Positions 8,128-16,685 are shown, numbered from the stretch's first letter. The stretch is 21,228 nt of DNA from Candidatus Wukongarchaeum yapensis (GCA_016840425.1 JAEOSI010000013.1:1-21228); one strand, 5' to 3'. Notes: a model not told the origin generated them from the sequence alone. Made by a program: numbers and translations.

Positions 8128-8793
8128 TTAGGATACCCCCAAAATAGGTTTCTCAGGGCCTATTTTTGGTAGTTCAAGAAGATCTGGGGCAGTCGATTTA
8201 ACGTATATTAGGACTGCTGCAGAAATTACTGCTTCCCCAATTCCTATAATGGCGTGCCAGCCTACCATAGCTATTACTGCAGTTTTCAAGGGAACAACAC
8301 CGCCTGCTGCCAGTTCTAAAGCACAGATAAAAGACGCAATAACTATAGAAACCCATCCTGCTATCCCTATAGCAATAGCTTCTGCATTTTCACGCCTGCT
8401 CAGAACTTGCTTTAGCCATACATAGAGATAGTAACCGATGAAGCCTGCGACTATCCCCATATTTAAGGTGTTTACACCTAAGGTGGTAATGCCGCCGTCA
8501 CCGTAGGTTGATTGGATTATTAGCACAATCGTGATCGCTACTATCGCCCCGTAAGGACCTACAAAGGCCGCAGCAAGAGCTGCCCCTACTAGGTGCCCGC
8601 TTGTGCCACCTGGGATAGGATAGTTTACATATTGTGCTGCGAAAAGACCTGCTGCCAGAATTCCCAGGAGAGGTATCTGCTTTTCGCTGAGTTCTTCGCT
8701 TACTTTTTTAAAGCTTATTGCCCAAAAGACGATTGCTATTAAATAGTATATTCCTGCCTGCCAGTAGGGTATTAGACCGTCTGGTATGTGCAA
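8128..8793 (-). CDS. cbiM: Ni/Co ECF substrate-binding S component (CbiM/NikM)
   Basis: N-terminal MHIPDG and GTSGHLVG motifs; TTG start with GGGTGAT (8799-8805) 5 nt upstream. Confidence 0.93.
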   Translation of the reverse strand: MHIPDGLIPYWQAGIYYLIAIVFWAISFKKVSEELSEKQIPLLGILAAGLFAAQYVNYPIPGGTSGHLVGAALAAAFVGPYGAIVAITIVLIIQSTYGDGGITTLGVNTLNMGIVAGFIGYYLYVWLKQVLSRRENAEAIAIGIAGWVSIVIASFICALELAAGGVVPLKTAVIAMVGWHAIIGIGEAVISAAVLIYVKSTAPDLLELPKIGPEKPILGVS

Positions 8794-8840
8794 AACGTAT
8801 CACCCGTGTTTGTTCATACTAACTACGCTATCAGTATTAC

Positions 8841-8848
8841 TATTTAAG
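8841..8848 (-). promoter_or_regulatory. Candidate TATA box of the cbiM operon
   Basis: Minus strand CTTAAATA about 48 nt upstream of the TTG. Confidence 0.4.
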
Positions 8849-8980
8849 TCTAGTTATTCAAAAAATCATAATGAAATATTACTTATTAAGAAAAAACAAC
8901 AACAAAACAGCACATACCACCAAAAAAGAAAAACCATTTGAAACTGAAAAATTTTTAACTTTAATGGTTAATGAGGGGTA

Positions 8981-9490
8981 GTGGTTGTTGTTCTAATGCT
9001 GTCTCTAAATAGTTTTAAAAAGTATGAGGAGCTTGCGGAAAAATTAGGGGCTGTGAATGCGAAAATAATAAATGCTTCAGAGGTAGAGGTGGACAATCGT
9101 TCAAGATTAAAGTGTAGATTTGGGTGTTCAAGCTATTTTGTTAACTGGACCTGTCCGCCCCGCCATGGAATTCAACCTTGGACTTTTAAAAAAAGTTTAC
9201 TGTCCCAATATTCTTTCGCGTTATTAGTTCATGCCCATTACCCGGAGACGTCGCAGAGAATCTCCCTCGAAATAGAGAGAATAGTTTTTTTGGATGGATA
9301 CAGTTTAGTATTTAGCCTAAGTGATTGCGCTTTATGCAAAGAGTGTACATGTCCTGAAAAGCCTTGTCGACACCCTGAAAAAGCGAGACTTGCAGCTCAA
9401 AGCGTGGGTATAGATGTTTTTGCAACGGCGAAAAAACAAGGCTTCCCCATATATACGCTTAAAAACAAAGAGGAAGAACAGAACTGGTAA
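8981..9490 (+). CDS. DUF2284-like Cys-rich metal-binding protein, probably C-terminally truncated
   Basis: CRFGC..Y...WTCPP, CALCKECTCPEKPCRHP and GIDVFATA motifs. Start is GTG 8981 or ATG 8996. The frame continues SIILLD after the TAA. Confidence 0.85.
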   Translation: MVVVLMLSLNSFKKYEELAEKLGAVNAKIINASEVEVDNRSRLKCRFGCSSYFVNWTCPPRHGIQPWTFKKSLLSQYSFALLVHAHYPETSQRISLEIERIVFLDGYSLVFSLSDCALCKECTCPEKPCRHPEKARLAAQSVGIDVFATAKKQGFPIYTLKNKEEEQNW

Positions 9491-9624
9491 TCTATTATTC
9501 TTTTAGATTAGATGAAAGTTATGAAATAGGAAAAGAGGAGTTTTCAAACATTATTAAAATATAAAAGGGTTTGGAGTTGTTGGCTATGGAAATAAAAAAA
9601 TTAATTGATTGGATATTACAAATA

Positions 9625-9879
9625 ATGAAATTTTTAATATTGCTATCAGCACTTATAGCATCGGCAGTTGCTGCGGTGGTTACTGTTATCCCCGATTCAT
9701 CTGCGAGTCGGGAGTGTAGGTTAGGATATAAGGCGCATTGTTCCTTTACACCAATAAGCACTATCATCCTTATTGTCTTAGCTATTGTATTTGCCCTCCT
9801 TTTTATCAAAATATATTGGAAAAAAAATTACACCCTCTTCCTAAGGAGCACATCAGAACAGGTGAGAAGTGTTTTATGA
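9625..9879 (+). CDS. Small two-TM membrane protein with CRLGYKAHCSFTP loop
   Basis: Two hydrophobic segments flank a C-x6-H-C loop. Starts at 9571, 9586 and 9625 are all in frame. Confidence 0.7.
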   Translation: MKFLILLSALIASAVAAVVTVIPDSSASRECRLGYKAHCSFTPISTIILIVLAIVFALLFIKIYWKKNYTLFLRSTSEQVRSVL

Positions 9880-9904
9880 TTTATGAGATTTCATGGAGGG
9901 TTTT

Positions 9905-11728
9905 ATGGCTTATGAAAATGTTTTAGGGGATTTTGAGAGTTTGCGCGTTTGGATGTTGAGTTTTGAGTGTTCTGGTGTTGTTAAAGTTGGGGGTTTAGGC
10001 GAGGTTCCTATTAATCAAGCGCGGGAGCTTGTGAAAAAGGGTTTTGATGTTTCTCTAGTTATGCCGAGTCATGGTGCTGTTAAAAATAGTGATTTGGTAG
10101 AGAATTTGGGGTTGAGGAGGATTGAGGGGTCTTTTGTGGAAAAGTTTCCTGCTTGGATCCTAAAAAAAGGGAGAAGAGAGGAGATGGTTGAGATTGGTGC
10201 TTTTGAGGGAGTTATGGATGGTGTGAAAGTTGTTCTTTTAAGTGGTTTGGATTATTTTGCTGGGGGTTATTTGGAGGATCCTCTTGTTTATGGGCCTGAT
10301 GTTCTCCTTGGGAAGTTGGCTTTGTATGCGAAGGGGTTGCGTTGGTTTGCTTCTAAGAGTTTTCAGGGAGGGGTGAATCCTGACGTTATTCATGCTCATG
10401 ATCATCATACTTTTCCTGCTGCTTTGTGTGCTCGTCAGGAATTGGAGGCTTCGGGCGAAAATGTAGCGTTGGTTTCCCATTTTCATTTGCTGACTTTTCC
10501 CCGAGTAGATTGGGATTTTCTTGCTTCTGGTTGTGGTGTTGAAGATAAGGTTATGAGTTTTCAGCTTGACACTATTGTTAAGGTTTCGCCAAAAGAGCTT
10601 TTGCGTCGGGCTGATAGTAATTTGGAAAGTTTTGGTGGGCTGATTTCAGATGTTTTTGTAACAGTTAGTAGAGGTTATTTGGAGAGTGATATTTTACCCA
10701 TAGTAGGTCGGTCCTATGATTTGAAGTCTGATTATGTTTGGAACGGATGTGATTGGGAGGTTTCAAAACTTAGGGAGGATGTTTTTAGGAGACATGGTGA
10801 GAAAATTAGGGAGTTTTTAGGGATTAAGGCAATTAAAGCGGAAAGGTGTGATCTTAGAAAGTATCTCTTAACTAAAGCTTTGGGAGAAATGCCTGAAAAC
10901 GAGCCTATATTAAAGGGTGAGGAGGTAATAAAGGTGGTTTACGGCTTGAAGGGTGAGCCCTACACGGGTAAGGGAAGAGTGACTGCTTTTAAGGAAGACG
11001 GTCCCCTTGTTCTTATGACAGGGAGGATGAGTGCTCAAAAAGGAATAGAGACTGTTTTCGATTCGATCCCGAAAGTTTTGGATATTATCCCTAATGCAAA
11101 GTTCTTATTCCTTCTTTTACCCACAGAATATGAGTTAGATTTGGTAACGAAGTTTGGGGAAAAGTGCAAGGAATTCAAAGAGAATTCACGGTTGGTTTGC
11201 GGTGTTGCGCCTTCTTTATATTTTCTTGCTCACTTGTCAGCAGACTGTATGGCTGCTCCGAGCAGGTGGGAACCCTTTGGAATTTTTGCTTTGGAGGGAA
11301 TGCTTTGCGGTGCTACTATAGCAGCAGCAGAAATAGGCGGATTAAAAGAAACAGTTATAGATATCAGAAAGGACCCAGAGAACGGTACAGGAATGAAGGT
11401 TCCTGTGGACGATAGCAATGCTTTAGCTGAAGCGTTCATTACACTTCTCACCCTTTTACAAATAAACGAAAACATGGAAAAAACTGGTCAAAAACCCCCC
11501 CAATCTACGATTTCTACAATGACCCTGTCTTTTGAGAAAATGCTTGATTTGATCCCTGAAACAAAAATTAGGGAACTTGTAAATAAGGAACCCGCATACG
11601 GTAAAAAGGTTCGTGAAAACTGTTTTAACCGCGTAGAAAGCAACTTTAGATGGCATCAAGTTATAGATCGGCTAATAAATGTGTACAAAAAAGCAAAAGA
11701 AACAGAAACAAAACGGGAAATAATTTAA
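9905..11728 (+). CDS. glgA: Glycogen/starch synthase (GT-B fold)
   Basis: KVGGLG, HAHDHHT, VWNG, GRMSAQKG and PSRWEPFG motifs; ATG 9905 follows GGAGGG. Confidence 0.9.
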   Translation: MAYENVLGDFESLRVWMLSFECSGVVKVGGLGEVPINQARELVKKGFDVSLVMPSHGAVKNSDLVENLGLRRIEGSFVEKFPAWILKKGRREEMVEIGAFEGVMDGVKVVLLSGLDYFAGGYLEDPLVYGPDVLLGKLALYAKGLRWFASKSFQGGVNPDVIHAHDHHTFPAALCARQELEASGENVALVSHFHLLTFPRVDWDFLASGCGVEDKVMSFQLDTIVKVSPKELLRRADSNLESFGGLISDVFVTVSRGYLESDILPIVGRSYDLKSDYVWNGCDWEVSKLREDVFRRHGEKIREFLGIKAIKAERCDLRKYLLTKALGEMPENEPILKGEEVIKVVYGLKGEPYTGKGRVTAFKEDGPLVLMTGRMSAQKGIETVFDSIPKVLDIIPNAKFLFLLLPTEYELDLVTKFGEKCKEFKENSRLVCGVAPSLYFLAHLSADCMAAPSRWEPFGIFALEGMLCGATIAAAEIGGLKETVIDIRKDPENGTGMKVPVDDSNALAEAFITLLTLLQINENMEKTGQKPPQSTISTMTLSFEKMLDLIPETKIRELVNKEPAYGKKVRENCFNRVESNFRWHQVIDRLINVYKKAKETETKREII

Positions 11729-11732
11729 TATA

Positions 11733-11804
11733 TAAACACCTTTAAAGTAAAAAGCAGGGTATGGTCGAAATTAGAGAGGTTTTAAACGCCTTTAACTGTA
11801 AAAA
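11733..11804. repeat. Imperfect 21-22 bp direct repeat in the glgA-ABC intergenic region
   Basis: TAAACACCTTTAA-AGTAAAAA (11733-11753) versus TAAACGCCTTTAACTGTAAAAA (11783-11804). Confidence 0.55.
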
Positions 11805-11910
11805 ATTACCATTTGGAAAAATGATTTATTTTTGGTTTTAAGATGAGTATGCGGAGTTTTTATTTCGGTTTGTGTGTTTAAAAGTTATTTATTTTTGATG
11901 CGGATGAACT

Positions 11911-12924
11911 ATGAAAGCGGCAATTTTAACTCAGGGGCTAACTAAGAGGTTCCCTCAAAAAGTAAAAGGTAAAAAAGAGGCAACTAGAGGCAAAAAAAAT
12001 ATGAAAACGGTAGTGGATCGCATAACTATTGAGGTCCCCAACGGGCAATTTTTAGGTCTTTTAGGACCGAATGGGGCTGGAAAAACAACTTTAACTAAGA
12101 TGTTGGTGACGCTTTTGCTCCCTGATGAAGGAACAGCTTTAGTTAATGGGTATGATATCTTGAAAGAACCGGCAAAAGTTAGAGGGAACATTGGGCATCT
12201 TCATGGGGAAACTGGGGGGAGAAGTCTTTACTGGCGCTTATCAGGCCGGGATAATTTAAAACTTTTTGCAACCCTTCAAGAGGTGCCAAAGGAAATAGCT
12301 AAAAAAAGGATAGAGGCAATGATAAGCTATTTTGAATTGGAGAAAATTATAGATAGGGAGGTTAGGAAGTATAGTACGGGGGAGAAGGTTCGAACGATGT
12401 TGGCAAGAACTTTAATTCATAATCCTCCGATACTTATTTTAGATGAACCTACGATAGGGCTTGATGCTGCTACAGCGGTTGAAACAAGGAAATTTTTCAC
12501 CATTTTAAATCGAGAGCTTGGAAAAACTATTGTTTTCACAAGCCATGTGATGAGTGAAGTCGAAGAGCTTTGTGAAAGGATTGCTATCATGGATAAGGGA
12601 ATCATCCTTGCTGATACAGATCCCCATAGTTTGAGCGCCTTAGTGAAGGAACAACAAAAAATCTTGATCCATATTCTTAACATGGTTGATAAAAAAGCGT
12701 TGATCAAGTATTTGGAGGATATTGAGGGAGTAAAAGAAGTAGTGCTAGCTGTTGAAAGATCGCCTATTACCGAGGTTTCTGTAGTAGTGGAAGATGAGCT
12801 TAAAGCTCTACCTATTTTAGCCTCAAAACTTGGTGAAGCAGGATACAAGGTTACAAGCATCGAGGTCGAGGAACCAACACTTGAAGAAGCTTTCATAAAG
12901 TTGACTACGAAAAAGAGAGAATAA
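11911..12924 (+). CDS. ABC-2 (DrrA/NatA-like) exporter ATPase
   Basis: GPNGAGKTT, YSTGEK, ILILDEPT, TSHVMSEVEELC and C-terminal EPTLEEAFIKL. Confidence 0.93.
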   Translation: MKAAILTQGLTKRFPQKVKGKKEATRGKKNMKTVVDRITIEVPNGQFLGLLGPNGAGKTTLTKMLVTLLLPDEGTALVNGYDILKEPAKVRGNIGHLHGETGGRSLYWRLSGRDNLKLFATLQEVPKEIAKKRIEAMISYFELEKIIDREVRKYSTGEKVRTMLARTLIHNPPILILDEPTIGLDAATAVETRKFFTILNRELGKTIVFTSHVMSEVEELCERIAIMDKGIILADTDPHSLSALVKEQQKILIHILNMVDKKALIKYLEDIEGVKEVVLAVERSPITEVSVVVEDELKALPILASKLGEAGYKVTSIEVEEPTLEEAFIKLTTKKRE

Positions 12925-12953
12925 GGAAAAAAAAGGAAGAAGAGGGAAGATTA

Positions 12954-13829
12954 TTGCGAACAGATGAACTTTTAGCTCTTTTTAGGGAAAAAGAGAGAAC
13001 CGCACTTCATGGTAATATTAATCAAATAACAAGCGTTCTTAATGCTCGTTTAAAGATATTTCTAAGCTATAAAATATGGATGCTTGTAGAGCTATTAAAC
13101 AGCGTGGTGAGCATAGCGGTATACTATTTTTTCGGTGTAATGGTTGAATCAGAGAAGTTAGAGGCGGCAGGTTATGGAACATCATACTTATCTTTTGCCT
13201 TGATAGGGATCGCGTCTCAAACGTTTTTATGGACCTGTGTTGCCCGAATAGCTTTTGTTCTTAGGGTTGAGTTGCAGGAGGGTACTTTTGAAGCGTTGAA
13301 TGCCACTAGATTAAAAATACATAATTTCTTATTCGGGCAGAGTTTGTCAGGGTTCATACTTTCTATGTGGTTTTTCACAAGTGCAATGCTTTCAGGAATC
13401 TTTGTGCTTTCCGCCTCCTTAACCCTTACACCAGAAACAATAATTACATCCATCATAATTATTATTTTAATGATTTTAGCCCATATAGGGATAGGTTTTA
13501 TAGCTGCTGGTGGTGTCCTAATTTTAAAGAGAGGAGACCCTATTGTCGCGGTTTTCGCCGTCCTGACACAGTTCCTTTCAGGGGTGCTTTTTCCCTTAGA
13601 AGTTCTTCCTCCTGAATTAGAAGCTGTTGCAAAAGCTTTACCTTTCACATATGCTCTAAGATCTTTGAGGTTTGCCCTCCTAACTGAAAGACCTATTTCA
13701 GACCCAACAATCATTCATGACATTATTTTCTGCGGTATTTTTGCAATAGCACTTATTCCACTAGGGATATGGTTCTTTGGAAAAGCTCATAATTACGCAA
13801 AAACTAGGGGCACAACAGGGCACTACTAG
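12954..13829 (+). CDS. ABC-2 permease 1
   Basis: About 6 TM helices; ELQEGTFE, FLSGVLFPLEVLP and LPFTYAL motifs; TTG start. Confidence 0.9.
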   Translation: MRTDELLALFREKERTALHGNINQITSVLNARLKIFLSYKIWMLVELLNSVVSIAVYYFFGVMVESEKLEAAGYGTSYLSFALIGIASQTFLWTCVARIAFVLRVELQEGTFEALNATRLKIHNFLFGQSLSGFILSMWFFTSAMLSGIFVLSASLTLTPETIITSIIIIILMILAHIGIGFIAAGGVLILKRGDPIVAVFAVLTQFLSGVLFPLEVLPPELEAVAKALPFTYALRSLRFALLTERPISDPTIIHDIIFCGIFAIALIPLGIWFFGKAHNYAKTRGTTGHY

Positions 13830-13886
13830 CAAAAAAATGTAAAAAGAAAAAGGAAAGTTCTACTCAACTTTAAGAGGTGCATATTG

Positions 13887-14801
13887 GTGCATCATAGGCA
13901 TCATGAGAAACTTGAAAAGGTTCTTGAAACCTTTAAAGAAGACGGAGAAAAGCGAAGGTATAACGATGTTTCTTTCAGAGAGAAGACGCTTATTCTTCTT
14001 GAGAAAGGTTTTAAGACTTTTTGGAGTTATAAAGGTTGGATTGCTTTAGACATAATCGGAACAGTAGTCATTGTCGCCCTTTATTATTATGTCTCTTTTA
14101 TAGTGTCAGCTTCCGAGGTTGAAAAAGCAGGTTATGGGGCAGATTTTTTCACTTTTGCCCTTATAGGAATAGCTTTTCAACAGTACACTTACTCTTCCAT
14201 TCAGGTTTTTTCCCACGAAATCCGCTACGAGCAAGAGAATGGAACGTTGGAAGCTGTTTTAAGCACTAGGACCGAATTTCCCACATTTTTGATAGGAGTA
14301 GCGCTTTTAAGTTTCATTTATGCTACCTACTTCTTGATATGCTCTTTTTTAGTAGCTTTCATCTTTTTTGACCCTTTTATCACCACCAACATATTTTCTC
14401 TCTTAAGCGTTCTTGTCCTCATTTTTCTCTCGATATTGGCTCACATTTGTATTGGTATAACAAGCGTAGGCATCATTATGAAAATCAAAGAAGGGGACCC
14501 CTTGATCTGGTTGTTCGGATGGTTAACCTTGTTATTGAGTGGTATATATTATCCGCTAGGTCTCTTACCACTTTACCTAATTCCTATAGCTTTATTATTG
14601 CCTTTAACCTATGCATTAGACGGTATTAGGCTTTGCTTAATCGATCTACCTTCAGGATCTGAAACCCTCCTTTCCCCACAAGTGTTTAATGATGTTTTAG
14701 CCCTCCTTATATTCATAACCATAATGTTACCTCTTTCCCTCAAAGTATTTCGATGGGGATTCGACGAGGCAAGAAAAGAGGGAACACTCCACGCATACTA
14801 A
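13887..14801 (+). CDS. ABC-2 permease 2 (paralog of permease 1)
   Basis: EQENGTLE, LLSGIYYPLGLLP and LPLTYAL motifs. GAGGTG at 13874-13879 favours GTG 13887 (TTG 13884 also possible). Confidence 0.9.
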   Translation: MHHRHHEKLEKVLETFKEDGEKRRYNDVSFREKTLILLEKGFKTFWSYKGWIALDIIGTVVIVALYYYVSFIVSASEVEKAGYGADFFTFALIGIAFQQYTYSSIQVFSHEIRYEQENGTLEAVLSTRTEFPTFLIGVALLSFIYATYFLICSFLVAFIFFDPFITTNIFSLLSVLVLIFLSILAHICIGITSVGIIMKIKEGDPLIWLFGWLTLLLSGIYYPLGLLPLYLIPIALLLPLTYALDGIRLCLIDLPSGSETLLSPQVFNDVLALLIFITIMLPLSLKVFRWGFDEARKEGTLHAY

Positions 14802-14922
14802 AAACCAAAGAAAAAGGAAGAAAAACACCTAAAGTATAAATTGAAATATCTTCTGTGCTTTTTATCCGTTTTAATAATTTTATTGGGTTATTAATAGTTT
14901 TTATTTTTGATATGTTGGAGGC

Positions 14923-15333
14923 TTGGTTAAAATAGATGAGATGGGTAAGATTACCGGTGTTTTTAGCGGTTTTATATTGGTAATTTCACCGTTTTTGCCG
15001 TGGGTTGAATGGTCAATATTTGAGACGGGAGGTTTTGATAAGCCTTTTAGAACCGGGGGAATTTTAGTTTTTTTCGGTGCTTTGGTTGTGATACTAGCGA
15101 TAATTGGTACTCCTTTATTCACTGGTCGTAGATATAGATCACGCACTAGTATGAGTGTTTCTGGAACGTTTTTTGGTGGTATTATAGTATTAATAGGAGC
15201 GTTATCAGAATATACCGAAGATATCTCCGATTGGATAGATCTGCCAGGTGTTGATATAGGTTTAGGCTGGTATCTTGCTGTAGCCGGTGGATTTTTAGCG
15301 ATTATTTCAGCTTTTATACAAACTAGAGAATAG
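14923..15333 (+). CDS. Small multi-pass membrane protein of unknown function
   Basis: About 4 hydrophobic segments with SPFLPW and GLGWYLAV motifs; start is 14923 (TTG) or 14941 (ATG). Confidence 0.7.
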   Translation: MVKIDEMGKITGVFSGFILVISPFLPWVEWSIFETGGFDKPFRTGGILVFFGALVVILAIIGTPLFTGRRYRSRTSMSVSGTFFGGIIVLIGALSEYTEDISDWIDLPGVDIGLGWYLAVAGGFLAIISAFIQTRE

Positions 15334-15416
15334 TTCAAGATCTTAAATTGGGAAGGAAGTATGCGAAAATTAGCAAGTCAGAAAAAAGATTGTTATTGTT
15401 TTATTAAGGCATAGTT

Positions 15417-16289
15417 TTAGGTTTGTTTTTCCCATGCTTTGTCATATTCTTTGCTTAAGAATTCGTCTGAAATTTTCGTATATTTTTCTGTTGTGCTGAG
15501 TCTTTGGTGGCCTAGTTGGCGTTGTATGAGTCTTATGTCCATGCCTCTTTGGAGGGAGTGTGTTGCAAAGGTGTGGCGGAGCTTGTGACAGGAAATTTTC
15601 GGGTTTAAACCTGCGAATAGAATGTATTTTTTCACGATTCTTTGCACTTCTCTCTTTGAGAGTTTTCTGTCGCGATTGCTTAAAAATAGGAATTTTGAGT
15701 CTGTGTTTTTCCTTGTTTTTAAATAGTTTTTTATGGAAGTGAGAGCTCTGGAGCTTATACACACGATCCTCGTCTTGCCCCCTTTACCCTTGATTCTTAT
15801 CGTTTTGTTTTCATAGTTTATGTCTGTAAGTTTTATATCGCAAAGTTCTTGGACCCTTATCCCCGTGTGTAGAAATGTGACAATTATTGTATAATCCCTA
15901 GCGTTTCTTTTCTGGGCTTCTTTAATAAACTTTTCAGTTTCCTTCGGGGTAAGGACTAACGGGAGGGTTTTATCAAGTTTTGGGGTACTGATTTTTTCCG
16001 TGGGATCTTTTTTAAGGTATCCCTCACTCACTAAAAAATAAAAAAAAGTTCTTAAAGAGGATATTTTTCTTGCCAAGGCAGGCTTACTATAGTTTCTGTC
16101 TTTTTTAAGATGGTTAAGAAAACGGCGAATATATTCTGTCGTGATCGCTTTTAAAGGCTTAGGCCCAATAAAACGGAAAAACAGGTTCAAATCGTACTCA
16201 TAAGCTTTTATTGTTTGAGGGCTTAAACCCTTCTCCACCTCTTTAGCTGTAAGGTACTCTTCAATTTTCTCATAAACTTTAGGATTCAT
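15417..16289 (-). CDS. Xer-family tyrosine recombinase (XerA/XerC/D-like)
   Basis: N-terminal SAM-like domain (GLSPQTIKAY) and complete catalytic set: TGIRVQEL, GKGGKTR, HKLRH, LGH, TTEKY. GGTGAGGTGG (16292-16301) precedes ATG 16289. Confidence 0.93.
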   Translation of the reverse strand: MNPKVYEKIEEYLTAKEVEKGLSPQTIKAYEYDLNLFFRFIGPKPLKAITTEYIRRFLNHLKKDRNYSKPALARKISSLRTFFYFLVSEGYLKKDPTEKISTPKLDKTLPLVLTPKETEKFIKEAQKRNARDYTIIVTFLHTGIRVQELCDIKLTDINYENKTIRIKGKGGKTRIVCISSRALTSIKNYLKTRKNTDSKFLFLSNRDRKLSKREVQRIVKKYILFAGLNPKISCHKLRHTFATHSLQRGMDIRLIQRQLGHQRLSTTEKYTKISDEFLSKEYDKAWEKQT

Positions 16290-16350
16290 TACCACCTCAC
16301 CTTTTGACCCCAAAAAAGCTTACTTTTCACAATCCCAAAATCTTTGTTTG

Positions 16351-16378
16351 CAACATAATAATGTGAGGTAATATGTTC
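16351..16378. promoter_or_regulatory. 28-bp imperfect inverted repeat (11+6+11) in the xer promoter
   Basis: CAACATAATAA-TGTGAG-GTAATATGTTC; arms match 8/11. A candidate minus-strand TATA (TTATAAAG) lies just upstream. Confidence 0.4.
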
Positions 16379-16685
16379 TTACTCTTTATAAGAATTTTGT
16401 ACTTTCAAAAATAGATTAAATCTTTTAAATGTTTTCTTTAAATTTAAAGAATAGATTTCATTGAGAGTTTTTGAATAAGAGGAACTAACAACAGAAAAAT
16501 GTTGGTTAATTTACCTAAATAGGTGGCTATGCGGGTATTTTTGGTGGAGTGATTTTTTAATTAAGAGACTGGAAAAAAAGTTTTTTGATGAAAAAAACAT
16601 AGTAAAAGTTAAATTTGGCGGAAAGCTTTAAAGGAAGGATTTTAGGGGCTTATGAAGTTCTAGATAAAGTTCTTTGAGGGATTTT

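Noticed and set aside
9519-9809. 96-aa minus-strand ORF
   Set aside because: Shadow of the plus-strand membrane protein, which has the more convincing motif.
11480-11491. A5C7 homopolymer in glgA as a phase-variation site
   Set aside because: The run is short, in frame, and explained by KPP codons in an A/C-rich 3' region.
11761-11841. 26-codon ORF MVEIREVLNAF... upstream of the ABC ATPase
   Set aside because: No properly spaced SD and no motif; expected by chance.
14901-15338. 145-aa minus-strand ORF
   Set aside because: Fully antisense to the membrane protein gene, which has coherent TM segments.
15417-16289. Recombinase as the integrase of a provirus or island
   Set aside because: No tRNA, no att direct repeats and no viral or plasmid genes nearby; its size and domain layout fit a chromosomal Xer.
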